Of a DNA stretch of 64,000 nt, positions 28,565 through 42,462 are shown one piece after another (position 1 is the stretch's first letter; the number at the start of each line of letters is the position of its first letter). This DNA comes from the human T2T-CHM13v2.0 reference genome, Homo sapiens, in NCBI RefSeq assembly GCF_009914755.1, contig NC_060927.1; one strand, 5' to 3'. The translations under genes and the position numbers were made by a program. The notes beneath the pieces are model-generated. The model had not been told where the DNA came from, ran no database searches, and was given only the letters and a program-made list of their open reading frames with translations.

Positions 28565-28740
28565 TCATTTAACCAGTATTAATTGAGTATCTACTATGTG
28601 CCAAGCCATTTGCCAGGAGGCAAAGATATAAAACTGAATAAAAGTGGATCTGATAATAGTTGGATGGAGGTGAAAGACAGTGTAAAAAAATCAATAAATG
28701 GTATAATAGAGCACACTCAAGGTTTTACAGAAGGTCTGAA
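28565..28740 (-). mobile_element. L2 3' end
   Basis: 'attgagtatctactatgtgccaagc'. Confidence 0.6.
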
Positions 28741-28807
28741 GAGAGGGACCATTATTCCAACGTCTTGAGGTTACTGAAGTACAGCCTAAGAAATGCTTTA
28801 AGCAACT

Positions 28808-29313
28808 TGTTATGGTTAATTTTATGTGTCAGTTTGATTGGGCCTCAGGGTGCCCAGATATTTGATGAAACATTATTCTGGTTTGTCTATAAGGAAATTT
28901 CTGGGCAAGATTAACATTTGAATAGAAAGACTGAAAGCTTCCTATATTCCTATAAAGCAGATTGCCCTCCCTAATGTGGGTGTGTCTCATCCAGTAGAAC
29001 AAAAAGGCTGAGTAAGAAATAATTTCTTCTGCCTGACTGCCTTCAAGCTGGGACATTGGTCTTTTCCTGCCTTCAACTCAAATGGAAACATTGGCTCCTT
29101 TTGGGTCTTGAGCCTGATGACTTTCAGAATAAAACTTCAACTATTGCCTCTGCTGGTTCTCAGGACTTCAAACTTGGAAAGGATTTATACCATCGGCTCT
29201 TTGGGTTTCCAGCTTGCTGATCACAGATCTTGGGACTTGTTAGCCTTCATAATCATGTGAGCCAATTTCTTATAATACACCTCTCTCTCTTTCTCTTTGT
29301 CTCTCTCCAAACA

Positions 29314-29365
<52 letters not shown>

Positions 29366-29404
29366 CCTTATATTGCTTCTGTTTCTCTGGAGAACCCTAA
29401 TACG
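28808..29404 (+). mobile_element. MLT2 (B/C/D-type) ERVL solo LTR
   Basis: 'tgttatggttaattttatgtgtca...ctctggagaaccctaatac'; TSD caact/taact. Confidence 0.85.
29311..29366. repeat. (CA)n microsatellite preceded by a CT-rich tract
   Basis: Direct reading. Confidence 0.95.
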
Positions 29405-29424
29405 TAACTCCTCCATGCATATCC

Positions 29425-30290
29425 TGTGAGTACCTTTATAAAGTGTCAACTTGGCAAGGCTAAACTACATTTTCCACAGATTTCTTCCCTGTATGTTTAA
29501 GGTGGGCCGCAAGAGATATTTGGCCTAGGATTTGGAAGCAGTGGCAATATTGCTTTTATGTGCAGGGGGCAGAGTCAGGGGTTGCAGGGGTGGTTGTTGT
29601 AGAGGCACCAGGTGCTGGTTGCAGCTCACACATCTTGTCACTATCTGTTGGCTCACCTTATTGGTGTGGAACCGCAGCTGGGCTGGCAGCTTTTCCACCT
29701 GCCCCTGGATCTTTCTTCAGCTTTTCTGGCTCTAGTGAAGTGCACGGTTAGCTTTTTGACAAAAGGCACCCATGTCTGCTGCCGAACACCTGCATTGTTA
29801 AAGCTGGAAGCATTAGGAAGCATTGGTTCTAGTTCATCTTCTTGGGCGCCAGCTTACACTCGCAGTTTCCAGTTTTTTCCTTACTTTATGTGAGGGTTTC
29901 TCAGCCTCAGCATTATTGACATTTGGGTTGGATAATTCTTTACTGTGGGGGACTGGCCTATTCATTGTAGGATATTTAGTGGCCTCCCTGGCTTGTACTC
30001 ACTACATGTCATAGCCTACACCCAAGTTGTGACAAGCCAGAATGTCTCCAAACAGTACCACATGTCTCCTGGGGGTCAAAATAGGCTCTAGTTAAGAACC
30101 TCTGCTTTATAGCCATATTCCTTTCCCAACTACTTGCTGAAAACTTCAGGCTCTAACATTAGACACAGGGCCTTACAGAGACTTTATAACCAAATCCCGT
30201 AATTGTGAAAGATCAAATCCCTGAACAAATCCTTTATTATATATCTCTCTCCTAGTGGTTCTGCTTCTCTGATTAAATCCAGACTGATAT
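29425..30290 (+). mobile_element. MLT2E/F-type LTR interrupted by MER20
   Basis: 'gtgtcaacttggcaaggctaaactacattt' and terminal 'cctagtggttctgcttctctgatt...actgata'. Confidence 0.65.
29892..30104 (-). mobile_element. MER20 (hAT-Charlie)
   Basis: 'gggtttctcagcctcagcattattgacatt...gttaagaacctctg'; 8-bp TSD ctttatgt/ctttatag. Confidence 0.85.
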
Positions 30291-32797
30291 CTTCCTTAGA
30301 GTTGGCTGAATCTTCCTGAGTCTCCTGGACAGCTTTATTCATTTTCATGATCCCTTTGTATCAACAATCTCCAGCACCATCCCTACTATAGCCAGCCCCC
30401 CATCCTCAATACCCTAGTGAGGTAACTCTGCCTTTAGAAGAGGGACAATCAGATCCATAAAAAGCATGCTTGGAACAAAATCTGAGTGTAACCCTGCCAT
30501 GTGGAAATGTAGATCATGTCCTGCCAGTGCTTCCAGGAGCTGTTAGAGCTGAGGGCAGTGCTGTAGAGACTCAGTGGGACTTAGAATCACGGGGGATTTT
30601 ATTGCTAAGGATCTAAGCCTTAAAGGAACAGTTATAGGCTTTGTTTTCAAAAACTTCCAGCATATTTTTATTCTATTTTATCAAAGTGATTTCTATAGGA
30701 ATACATTATAAACCAATGAAAATCATTTGCTCTTCGACTACTCTCTAGTCCCAGAGAACCTAAAAGAATATTATGTTTTATTTAGCCAAGTAGAAATCTA
30801 TCACAAGCTTGGATAATAGACTTTATTTTCTGGTAAACAGATAATAAAGTCCTTTTGAAAAATTAGAAAAAGTAAGATAGAGGTATAATAAAATCAGATC
30901 TATTCATTTTTAAATACATACTATGAGCTGGGCACTGTGCCTGGTGTGGGGTATCTGGTGACCAACCAGACAGACAAGATTTTTGACCTCATGGAACTTA
31001 CAGTGGAGTAGGAGAAACATTCATTACACAAATAATCACATAATGAGAATATGAAGTTATACATTAAGTTCTATGAAGGAACAGTATAGAGTCTTTACAG
31101 AGAGAGATCAAATATAGATGGCAGGGGTAAGTGAGGAGGGGCGTTCCTAAAGAAGTGACGTGGGCTCTGAAACCTAGAAGATGAGTTGGAGCTAGTGAGT
31201 GAGAAGTAGATGGAAAAGAGTTCTAAGCAGGGACAGCAAAGAACTTGGTGCCTTCAGAAAGCTATAAGAACGCTGCAATGGCTGGGTCTAGTAAACAGGG
31301 AGAAGAGAGCGGGGAGATGACTCTGCAGAGAGGAGAAGCAGTTAGATTGCTCCAGGACTTGCAGGCCAAGCTTGGGTTTTACTGTTAGGAACGAGCCATC
31401 GAAAGGCTTAAAGTCAATGTTTCTTTGAGAAAATGATGTTAACAAGGGAGCAAATCATATGGCTGTACCTGATGAGGGAGCAGTCCGGGGAGGACTATCT
31501 CTATCCACTATCTTATGGCTATAGTGATGAGGGAGTAGTCCAGGGAGAGGGAATAGCAAATTCATAGCTCTGAGTGGCATGCCTAGTGAGTTCAGAAAAC
31601 TCCGCAGAGGCCAGTGTGGCTGGAGTGGAGCAAGCAAGGGGAGAGCATGGAAATAAGCAGGGCCAGAACCTCCAGGGTCTGGTGTGCCATTTAAGGACTC
31701 TGGCTTTTATTCAGAGAAAAATGGGGAACCATTGAGTACGCAAGGGACATGATTTGACTTACATTTTACAAGGATCACTCTGGCTGCTGTATTGTAAAAG
31801 ACCGTGGGGATGGGGCCAAGAGGGGAAGAGGGAAGACTGGCTGGAAGGTTATTATAATAACTGAGGCCAGATAATGGTGGCTTGGAGCAGGATGATAGCC
31901 ATAGAGCTGGTGAGAAGCAGGCAGAGTCTGGGTGTTCTTTGAAAGTAAAGTTATGGATTTGCAGTAGATTGAATATGGGTATAAGAGAGAGAGGGGAGTC
32001 AAGGATGAGGTAAGGTTTTGGGCCTAAGAAAATAGACTTGCCATAGACTGAAGTGTAGAAGACTGCAGGGATATCAAGTTTTCAGATCATCAGCCAGTTT
32101 CAGACACATTAATTTTTAGGTGTCTATCAAGTTCCCATGTCATGTAAGTAAGACAGTTAAGGAAATGACATCCCAAAATATGCCACTTTGATATGCTGAT
32201 TACTTTAACAGAGGGCACTTGGAAAACAGCAAATATAGGCATAGGCTCTCTGGGCTCCCCTTATCTGCCTAAAGATGAACTCAAAAGGAACTCAATTTTT
32301 ATGAATCTCCTCTCCAGGAGTCTTATTAACCCGGGAAGATTGACTTGGATCTCAGGAGAGGAGACTGGAGGTCCACACCATGCCAGACAGACTTTGTCAC
32401 AAGCTATTATCTCTTCTTCTGGGGGTCATTCATCTTTCCCCAAAATCACTTACTCTCCTCTAAGTTGCCCACACTCCTGCCCTCCCCTCTATGAAGAGGG
32501 TGTATATGCTTCTAGATCTCACTGGGTTTTGGGATATTAACTTTTCTGCAATAAATTTGTATACCTTTCTCCTGTTTACTTGTCTACTATCAGTTTATTT
32601 CTTAGACTCAATTATCAAACTCTCAGAGAGTAGAGGGAAAGTTTTTCCTTCCCTAAAGTTCTGGCAGTGAAGTTGGTATCAAATACCGCTAACTGTGAGG
32701 CTGCAGCTAAGAAACCCTGGCATCTGACAAAGTTAAGACTTCTTACCATATCAGTCTCTTGGGTATCTGCCTGTAGAGTCCAGTTGAGTGAAGGTGG

Positions 32798-33272
32798 TGT
32801 ATTAGTCAGGGGTCTCCAAAGGGACAGAACTAATAGCATATATGTATATATGAAAGGAGTTTATTAAGGAGAGTTTATTAAGGAGAGTGTGAGTTGGTCC
32901 ACACAAAAAATCTTTGTCTTAGAAGTTATGTTGTTCAGGCTTCTGAGAAATATTCTAGTTTATTAAGGAGAGTTGACTCACACGATCACAAGGTGAAGTC
33001 CCATGATAGGCTGCCTGCAAGCCGAGGAGCAAGGAAGCCAGTGGTGGTTCAGTCTGAGTTCCCAAACCTCAAAAGTTGGGAAGCTAACAATGCGGCTTTC
33101 AGTCTGTGGCTGAAGGCCTAACAGCCCCTGGCAAATTACTGGTGTAAGTTTCCAAGAGTCCAAAAGCTGAAGAACTTGGAGTTCAATGTTCGAGGGCAGG
33201 AAGCATCAGCACAAGAGAAAGATGAAGGTGGGAAGACTCAGCAAGTCAGCTCCTTCCACCTTCTTCTGCCTG
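32798..33272 (-). mobile_element. MLT2A2 LTR, truncated
   Basis: 'tgtattagtcagggg...gggacagaactaata', 'gtccaaaagctgaagaacttggag'. Confidence 0.85.
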
Positions 33273-33689
33273 TTTGCTCTGATGATAGTTTCTTTCGCTG
33301 TGCAGAAGCTCTTTAGTTTAATTAAATCCCATTTGTCAATTTTTGCTTTTGTTGCCATTGCTTTTGTTTTTGGCAATTTCATCGTAAAATCTTTGCCCAC
33401 GTCTGTGTCCTGAATGGTATTGCCTAGATTTTCTTCTAGGGTTTTTATAATTTCGGGTTTTACATTTAAGTCTTTAATCCATCTTGAGTTAATTTTTGTA
33501 TACGGTGTAAGGAAGGGGTCCAGTTTCAATTTTTGCATATGGCTAGCCAGTTCTCACAGCACCACTTGTTAAATAGAGAATCACTTCCCCATTGCTTGTT
33601 TTTGTCAACTTTGTTGAAGATCAGATGGTTGTAGAGGTGTGGTTTTATTTCTGAGTTCTCTAGTCTGTTCCATTGGTCTATGTGCCTGT
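33270..33689 (-). mobile_element. L1PA ORF2 internal fragment
   Basis: ORF 33206-33538 ([21 protein letters not shown]...[15 protein letters not shown]). Confidence 0.9.
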
Positions 33690-35531
33690 CCAAAACAAAT
33701 TCTAAATTATGTCTTTTGACCTTAAATTAACATTAAGATTTTCCAGTTGGGCCCCTGAAAAGCTTTGAAGGAGATATCTTTCACCCTATAAAAGAGAGAG
33801 ATTAAAATAATTAGAATTATATGACATGTTAAATTATATGGGAAGCATTGCCAAATAATAAGTGATGCTAAACTTCTTTAAGTTATATTTATGGGTATGT
33901 TATTAATATAAGTATGCTAAAAATTATATGAAATTCCTAGAAATCTAATATGTTATCAGTCACAATTTTGGTTATTATGTTAAAATGTTGCATACTATAG
34001 AAATAACCAAAATTTTCTGTCAATTGTGCCATTATTAAAATGAACTCTCATTATATTCTTAACTATGGCCATTTAAAGTCTTTCGTAAGCCTTGAGGAGT
34101 TATTCTTTTACTTTGATTATTCTTTAAAAGCATTTGCAATCAGGCATAGTCCAAAATTACTTCTTCTTGAAGAAGTTTCATGGAAAGGACTCTGGCAAGT
34201 ACTATCGAATACAGATTGCTGATGAATTTATTTGTATCAGGTAAGAATTTTAAAAATTCTAATGAAGAAACTGATAGCTTCATTAAGCAGAACAATAATT
34301 AATTACACGAGGCTGAATAAACTGATGAGGATGTCTTTATGATTTCAAATTTGTTGGTTTTAAAAATGTTTTGTTTTCCATATTTAAGAAAACTTTTTTT
34401 AAACTCTTAATCTATCTATAGCTTACAACAATTTGGTAAATTATACTTTTGTAAACAGCATTGAAACATTTACTTTTTTTTCCCTACCTGATCTTTCCAG
34501 AATTTGGAAAATGTTTGTGAGTATTCTTATTTTATGGTATATAGTTATTTGCATAAGTTCAATAAGAATCTGTTCTCTTTATAACAGGATACAATTGAGA
34601 TCACTGCTTATACTACCAAGGCTTTTACTAGGATGTCATATTTTTATACATGACCAGACAGTTTTAAGGAACTAAGGTTTAACTTTATAAAGTCAATAAG
34701 GCCTCCCCCACTGGAAAAATTGCCTTGGTAGCTTGCATACATGGTTGTTTTACAGGGTTCCTTGCCTTGTGATGAGTAAAGAATGTCAACTCCTGGCAGG
34801 TTCAGGAGCTTAAAAATATTTTGGGAACTTCAAGAAGAGAAAAACTAATCCAAATCTGAAGGTATTATAGGCAAAATCTTGTAGTAGGTCATTGGCTTGG
34901 CTTCCTAGCCTAGAGAAGCTTTTTAAAAGTCTAATATAAGACTTCCTTTAAGCAAAACAGATTTTAAAAGAGCCTGTATGGTCAGTCATTATTCTTGCTG
35001 CATTTATGTAAATAATCAGGCCAAGTTTGATGATACTAAACTTATTTGCAATCTTACTGTGATTGCCTTTGGTAAAAATGGGAGGTGACTATGGAGAGAA
35101 AAAATTATGTTACAGAAGGAAACTATAGTACACCTGTTATTAGATTCCAGCTTATTGTTTTTGAGGGTTTGTTATTTACATACAAACTGGACTGGATCCT
35201 GAATTCCTCTAGTTTCCTCCAATATCTGGCTTCAACTTTCCAAACTAATGTTTTCAATTTTTCTTCCATCTGTCTGACTTGGAAATTATGAAATTAAAAC
35301 TGCCCTTTTCCCAAAGCTCTGCAAGCTAAAGCTAGATGTCTTGATATAAACTTCAGAGAACTCACCACGACAACTTATGTATGGACAACATTTGTGCCTA
35401 TTGAAGTATGGACTACTCCTAAGGTTCACTGGAACCTCTAATGCAAACTGCAAACCGGGAAAATCTGTCAGATTGCCACTGCCTGCCTGCACTCCAACTA
35501 AAGATGCTTCAAGCCCAATATCTAGAAATAG

Positions 35532-36045
<514 letters not shown>

Positions 36046-37860
36046 GAGACACAACTCTTTAACTGGATTGACCTATTCCTATGTCTCTTACCACTCAGCT
36101 ACTAACCTTGTTTTCCTCTCTATACGAACTCATGTTTTAGTGTATGAAACTTCTGGAGAAGTTTTAGACAGGGGAAATAAAGGAGTTCAGAATGTGCCAA
36201 AATATGCCATTTCGGTATGCTGATTACTTCAGGAAATTCATATACAGACAGAAGCTTTCTCTGAGCTCTCCTTATCTGCCTAAAGATGAATCCTTCAAAA
36301 GGACTCAGCCGTCATGAATCCCCTCCCCAGGAATCTTATTAACTAGGGAAGGTTGAACTGGATCATAGGAAAGAATTCTCCATGCCCAGACAAATGTTTA
36401 TTCTTCTGAGGACCCATTCACCTTACCTCCAAATCATTTACTCTCCCTGCATCCCCACCCACCCTCATGTCTTCTATGAAGAGGGCATATAAGCTTCTAG
36501 ATCTCACTGGGTTTGGGGGTATTCATTTTTCCTTCATATTATGTCTCCATGTGCATAAGAAATTTGTATACGTTTTCTCCTGTAAATTTGTCTACTGTCA
36601 TTTTATTTTATAGACTCAATTATTGAACCCTCAGAGGGTAAAGGGAAAGTTTTTCCTCCATTACGTAAGCAACTGGATACAAGTATGGGGTTAGGGGAAC
36701 TGTTAGGTTGGCATAAAGACATGTGAGTATCATCAACATGTAGATGTATGTAAAGCCACAAAAATGGATGATCTCACAAAGAGTGTATAGATAGAGACGA
36801 CATGAGGACTGAGGATCAATCTGGTTCTTCAGTCCAGGAGGAACCATCAAAGGGAGACTGAGAAGTAGCCAGTGAGGTAGGAAGAGAGGCAAGAGGGTGT
36901 TGAGAATCAAGTGAAGAAAATATCTGAAGGATGATGGAGCAATCAATGTGCAAAGTAAGACTGGGACTAAAAATTGACTATTGGATTTACCCACATAGCA
37001 GTTATTAGTGACCTTAATAAGAGCAGTCTGGGTTGCATGGTGGGATCAGAAGCCTGACTTCAAAAGATTAAGAGAGAATTGAAAGACAGAAGTAGAAGAC
37101 AGCAAATATAGGTAACTCCTTTGAGGAGTTTTTCACTCTAAAGGCTAGGAGAATAATGAAATGTTAGCTGGAAAGATCAATGGAGTCAACAGAAGGATTT
37201 GCTTGTTTGCTTTTAGGAAAAGGGAAATAATGCATGTTTTAGTGCTAATGGGAATTATCCAGTAGAGGGTCTGGAATTTAGACAGAGAGGAGGGACTGGC
37301 CTTGGACAGAGACAGGTCATAGGGTATCAGAAGAAAAGGCAGTATACATGGGAACACACGCTTACGAGTAGATAAATGTGATAGAGATAATTTGTAGAAG
37401 ATTCTCTTCAGATTGCTTCTATTTTCTCAGTGAAATTGGTCATTGGCTGCAAGTGTGGATGGATAGGTGGTGCTGGAAGTTTGAGGATACAGAAAGTATG
37501 AAACTGTCATGTAAGAGAATGGGAGAATGAATGAACTAGGGAAATGCTATACATCAGGTAGGCAGCATTGCAGTCCTATGTGATGGTGGATTTGCTCTGG
37601 TAATATTTCTAGCTGCATGGATGCAGGTTTGGAGTAAGCAGAGAGTCAGCTGTTTTGCCAAGTAAAAACAATGAAGCAGGAGTGGGGGGACAAAGGAGTT
37701 AAGGGTTTATGGAAGACAAGATTATAATAATTGACCATGGAATTCAGGCTAGGTAAGGAGGGAAATGAAGATATGAAGAAAGGCAATGGAGAGTTCAAGT
37801 TGCGGGAACAATGAATTTTAAGTCCTGAGAATTTTAAGAAGTATTACTGGAGTTGGAACA

Positions 37861-38716
37861 TGTAGGGCGAATAATTGCCCCTCAAAGATGTCCATGCACT
37901 AGTCCTCAGAATCTTTAAATATGTTTGCTAGGTTATGCAGCAAAGGGGAATTAAGATTGCAGATGAAATTAAGAGACCTTAAGAAAGGAAGTTTATCAGA
38001 GTGGACTCAACATAATCACAGGGTCCTTAAAAATGGAATGGTAGAAGACAGTTGGAGGCAGATGTGACTACAGAAGAAGGTCAGAGTGACACGATGAAGG
38101 ACCCAACGTTCCATTGCTGGCTTTGAAGCTGGAGGAAAGGAGCTATGAATCGAGGAACACAGGTGGCCTTTCCAGGCTGGAAAAGACAAGGAAAAGGATG
38201 CTACCCAGATCCTACAGAAAAAAACACGGCCCTGCCAACATCTTGGTTTTAGCTCTGTGAGTCCCATGTCAGACTTCTGATCTACAGACTGTAAGAAAAA
38301 TTTGTGTCGTTTAAGCCATTAAGTTTGTAGTGATTTGCTATGACAGCAAGAAAACACTGCAGGTTGAGGATCCCTTTTCTGAAATGCTTGAGATCAGAAG
38401 TGTTTTGGATTTGGGCTTATTTTGGATTTTGGACTATTAACATATACATAATAAGATATCTTGGGAATGGGATTCAAGTCTAAACACAAAAATTCACTAT
38501 AGTTTTATATTCACCTTATAAACATAGCCAGAAGGTAATTTTATACAACATTTTAAATAATTTTGTACATGAAATAAAGTTTTGACTGTGACCCATCACA
38601 TGAGGTCACGTGTGAAATTTTCCACTTGTGGCATCATGTTGATGCTCAAAAGTTTTGGATTTTGTAGCATTTTCGGAGTTTGGTTTTCAGATTAGGAATG
38701 CTCACTCAGTAATATA
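37861..38716 (+). mobile_element. MLT1D LTR with Tigger4b inserted in its terminal bases
   Basis: 'gcccctcaaagatgtcca', 'ggggaattaagattgcagatg', 'ggccctgccaacatcttgg'. Confidence 0.8.
38360..38709 (+). mobile_element. Tigger4b/MER46 DNA transposon
   Basis: TIR 'caggttgaggatccctt...attaggaatgctcactcag' followed by TA. Confidence 0.85.
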
Positions 38717-39689
38717 AAATATTAGAGGAAATGAGCTGGATATTCAGATACCAAACCTCAAGGCTCTACAGGGTTTGGTATTAGTTTTGGTGGTAACAAG
38801 GTCAAGGATATGGCCATAGGTATAAGTCTGAAGGAAGGTGGTTAGCTACATTGTTGGAAGATTGTGCCTCATAGAACTACACGGTTTAGAACTAAAATTT
38901 TATCATGATTTCTATATATTGGTCAAAATTAAGTGGTGAGTTATGAACATATTGGTTTTTTTGTTTGTTTCTGCACTGGCGGGCATACCCAGCAGCAATG
39001 CTGTCCCTCGCCTTCCTGCAGCTGATCTTTATTAATGTTTACTGTTCACTGGTATAAACTGTGCAACTCCGAATTGGATTAGGGGGAGATCTGGTCTCGA
39101 TTAAAGCTGTGATAAATGAGCACTGTTTACATTTCCTCACACCCTCCCTTCTCCACACACACACACACATCAAATTATTCTGAAAATGAAATGCAAAATA
39201 AAATGAGGAAGGGTTCTGTTCTTCATTAATGTGTAATTATAAAGTGCTGGGGCTCCCCTGCTGGGTGGAAAAGTAAAACCCATAGGAGGGGTGAGAATGC
39301 TTAAGGGGGGACATTCTTCATTGCTATTAACTATGGGTGAATTATTGTTTTCACATTTTTACAAAGAGATGAATGAAAATGAGGACTTGGATAAGATCTG
39401 TACCCCCTCATGGAATCATAATGGGGAGAGAAAAGCAAGTGGGCAGAACTGTTCACATTGCAAAACCAGAGCCCAGTGGTCTACTCTCTTTTGATTTCCT
39501 TGCTCTTACTTTTCAAAAAGTAAGCTAAATTTAATAAGTGCCTTGTAAGTCAGCTTTAATTCCTGATTTTAAATCACCTAGTCTTTTGTGAAAATGCAGT
39601 AGAGGTGTTAGAGATGCTCTCTATTTACTTTGATTTATTTTAAAGATAGATTCTCAGCCCTGGGAGAGGAGGGAGAGAGGGGGCTCAGC

Positions 39690-39900
39690 ACAATGCTTAG
39701 ACACTGGGATCGCATAAACTGTTAGCATCTCAGGTCAGCTGTGTGGGGAAATCATGCTCTCAGAAGCTCAGTTTCTTCATCTGTATAATGCAGGTGATAA
39801 TGGTTCAATGGGTTTCACAGTTATTGGGATAATTTGATGAGATTATTGATAAAAATGCTTGCATGGTGCCTGGCACAGTGCTCACGGAGGGATGTTATTA
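39690..39900 (+). mobile_element. MIR
   Basis: 'ctcagtttcttcatctgtataatg...tgcctggcacagtgctca'. Confidence 0.65.
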
Positions 39901-40194
39901 TCATCTCTATTCTTGGAAGTGAAGGAAGAAAGAAGAGGAAATCTGTGTCCTTCATTCCAGTTTCCCTTCTCCCAACACTAGCCACCTTGGGCTTAATTTA
40001 AAACTTTGTATTTGATCTAAAATTTGATTCTCAGTATTTTCTTTCTATACTACTTTCCCAACTCCTAAATAAGAGAGAATATCAACTGGTTTTTTGTTAA
40101 TCCATATAACGATGAATGGGATATTTGTAGGGACACGTTGGTAAAAAGACATGTTTTTCTTCAAAGAGCTTATAAATGTTATGTAAGGATGGAG

Positions 40195-40395
40195 CTGTAA
40201 TTTGTAATATGCCAGCCACCAGCCACATGTACCTATTTAAATGTAAACGAATTAAAATTAAATAAAATTAAAAATTCAACTTCTCAGTTGTGCTAGGCAC
40301 ATTTTGAGTGCTCAATAACCACATGTGGCTGGTGGCTATGATACTGGACAGTAAAGATAAAGCACATGTTCATCACCATTCTGTTGTGTTCATGA
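40195..40395 (+). mobile_element. MER3 (hAT-Charlie)
   Basis: 'agccacatgtacctatttaaat...gtgctcaataaccacatgtggctggtggcta'. Confidence 0.8.
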
Positions 40396-40683
40396 TAACT
40401 GGCCTAAATTGGAGTTGGAGAAACACAGAATAGAAAATAAAAGTGGGGGGCACAGTGTTGAAAGACCAAATGGGAAGGTAAAGAAGAGGAATTTTATCAA
40501 TTTCATAAATTTGTATAGAACTAGTCCTGCATTTTGCCACAATGAAGCCACAAATACTGTATAAAATTGCCCATAACTTATCTGTGGATTGTGTGGGAAG
40601 GAATGCTCAATAAATATTTTTAAGCTGTTGAAAATTTTGCTTCATTTTGTAAACTTGTACATTTCATTTTGCAGAATGAAATT

Positions 40684-41215
40684 TCATTCATTCATTATAT
40701 TTATTGACTGTCTCCCATGTACCATGTGCCAAGTGAGGGAGTGAAATATCTGAAGGAAGAGTGTTCCAGGGCTATGGGAAAGAAGTAGATCAAGATAGGA
40801 AGGACCAAGAATGTGGAGTGAGAAATGGACTGGAGAGAGAGGGTAGGATTAAATAAATTGATCAGAGAAGGCAGTCTTAGCAAAGGGGCTTTGAGCAGGT
40901 TTTGAAGGAGGGGAGGGAGGGAGTGATGTGGTTACCCAGAGGAAGAGTGTCCACAAGGGCACAGGACCTTAAGCAAGGGTGTGCCTGGCATAGCCAAGGA
41001 ACAGCAAAGAGCCAATGTGGCTGAGCAGAGTGAGTGAGGGGATGAGTGTGGAAATGAGATCTGGGAGGTAACAGGGGAAGAGGGGCAGATTATATTTAGT
41101 TTTATAGGGCTTTGATTTTTAGTCAGCGTGAAATAGGGAGTTATCAGAGGTTTTTAAAGTAAGACAGGCTGATCTAAATTATGGCTTTAAAAAGAGTCTT
41201 CTGGATCCTGAGTGG
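40684..41215 (-). mobile_element. L2
   Basis: 'ttcattcattcat...ccatgtgccaag', 'gccaatgtggctgagcagagtgagtgaggg'. Confidence 0.75.
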
Positions 41216-41248
41216 GCAGGGGATATCTTGGACCAGGCTGGTAGCGTG

Positions 41249-41571
41249 TTTAGGGGAAAATAAATACCTTTTTCTCACCTATCACTACATTCATGGCTAA
41301 GGTCCCTATAACAAAAGGCAGATTAACAAGAGAAAAGCACACACATTTATTTAATTGAAGTTCTACCTGACACAGGAGCTTGTATAAGGAAATTAAGATC
41401 CCAAGAAACAGGTAAACTTGTATATTTTTGTGCTTAGATTTGATGAAGAGTGGGCAGTTGCTGAGAAATGTGATTGGAGGACAAGAGTACGCTCTAATGA
41501 TAATAAACTGCGGGGATTTTAGCAAGGCCTGTTTGTTTAGATTTGTCTCTGTATCCTTGTGTCTTCAGAGA
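41249..41571 (-). mobile_element. MER31-type ERV1 LTR, truncated
   Basis: 'ataacaaaaggcagattaacaagagaaaagca'; homologous to 44423-44657. Confidence 0.65.
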
Positions 41572-41652
41572 CACTATGGTTGAATGTTTGTGTCTCCTCC
41601 AAATTCATGTTGAAATTTAATCCCAAATGCTACCGTGTGAAGAGGTGGGGCC
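41572..41652 (+). mobile_element. MST-type LTR 5' fragment
   Basis: 'ctatggttgaatgtttgtgtctcctccaaattcatgttgaaat'. Confidence 0.7.
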
Positions 41653-41873
41653 TATGGGTGCAATGGCTCATGCCTGTAATCCCAGCACTTTGGGAGACTG
41701 AGGGAGGAGGATTGCTTGAGCCCAGGAGTTTGCGACCAGCCCTGGCAACACAGTGAGACCTTGTCTCTATAAAAAAAAATACAAAAAATTACCCAGGCAT
41801 GGTGGTGTATGCCTGTAGTCCCAGCTATTTGAGAGGCTGAGATGGGAAGATGGCTTGAGCCTGGAAAGTTGAG
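41653..41873 (+). mobile_element. AluJ, 3'-truncated
   Basis: 'ggattgcttgagcccaggag'; ends abruptly with no A tail. Confidence 0.85.
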
Positions 41874-42462
41874 CATTTTGTTTATAACCATTTAACCACT
41901 CTCTAAAAAGTTCCAAACTTTCCCTCACCCTCTGTCTTCTTCTGAGACCTCCAAACTCTTCCAAGCTCTGACCATTAACCAGTTCCAAAGCCACTTCCAC
42001 ATTTTCCAGCATCTTTATAGCAATACCCCACTCTCAGTATCAATTTTCTGTGTTAGGCCATTCTTGCATTGCTATAAAGAAATACCTGAGACTGGTTAAT
42101 TTATAAAGAAAAGAGGTTTAATTGGTCATGGTTCTGCAGGCTGTACAGGAAGCATGGTGCTGGGATCTGCTCAGCTTGTAGGGAGGCCTCAGGAATCTTA
42201 CAATCATGGCAGAAGGTGAAAAGGGAACAGGCATGTCACATGGTGAAAGCAGGAGCAAGTGAGAGAAAGAGCTGGGAGGGGAAGTGCCATATGCTTTGAA
42301 ATGACCAGATCTTGTGAGAACTCACTCACTATCACAAAGACAGTGCCAAGCCACGAGGGATCTGCCCCATGACCCAAATACCTCTCACCAGGCCTTACCT
42401 TCAACATTGGAGATTACAATTCAACCTGAGATTTGGAGGGGACACACATCTAAACCATATCA
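41874..42462 (-). mobile_element. MSTA-type LTR (42049-42462) plus start of internal region (41874-42048)
   Basis: 'tgctataaagaaatacctgagactgg...aaaccatatca'; ORF 41767-42012 MaLR motif (NVEVALELVNGQSLEEFGGL). Confidence 0.85.

Noticed and set aside
29532-30014. Overlapping ORFs in GC-richer sequence suggesting a processed pseudogene
   Set aside because: They lie inside an MLT2E/F-type LTR and MER20; no recognisable protein or poly(A)/TSD.
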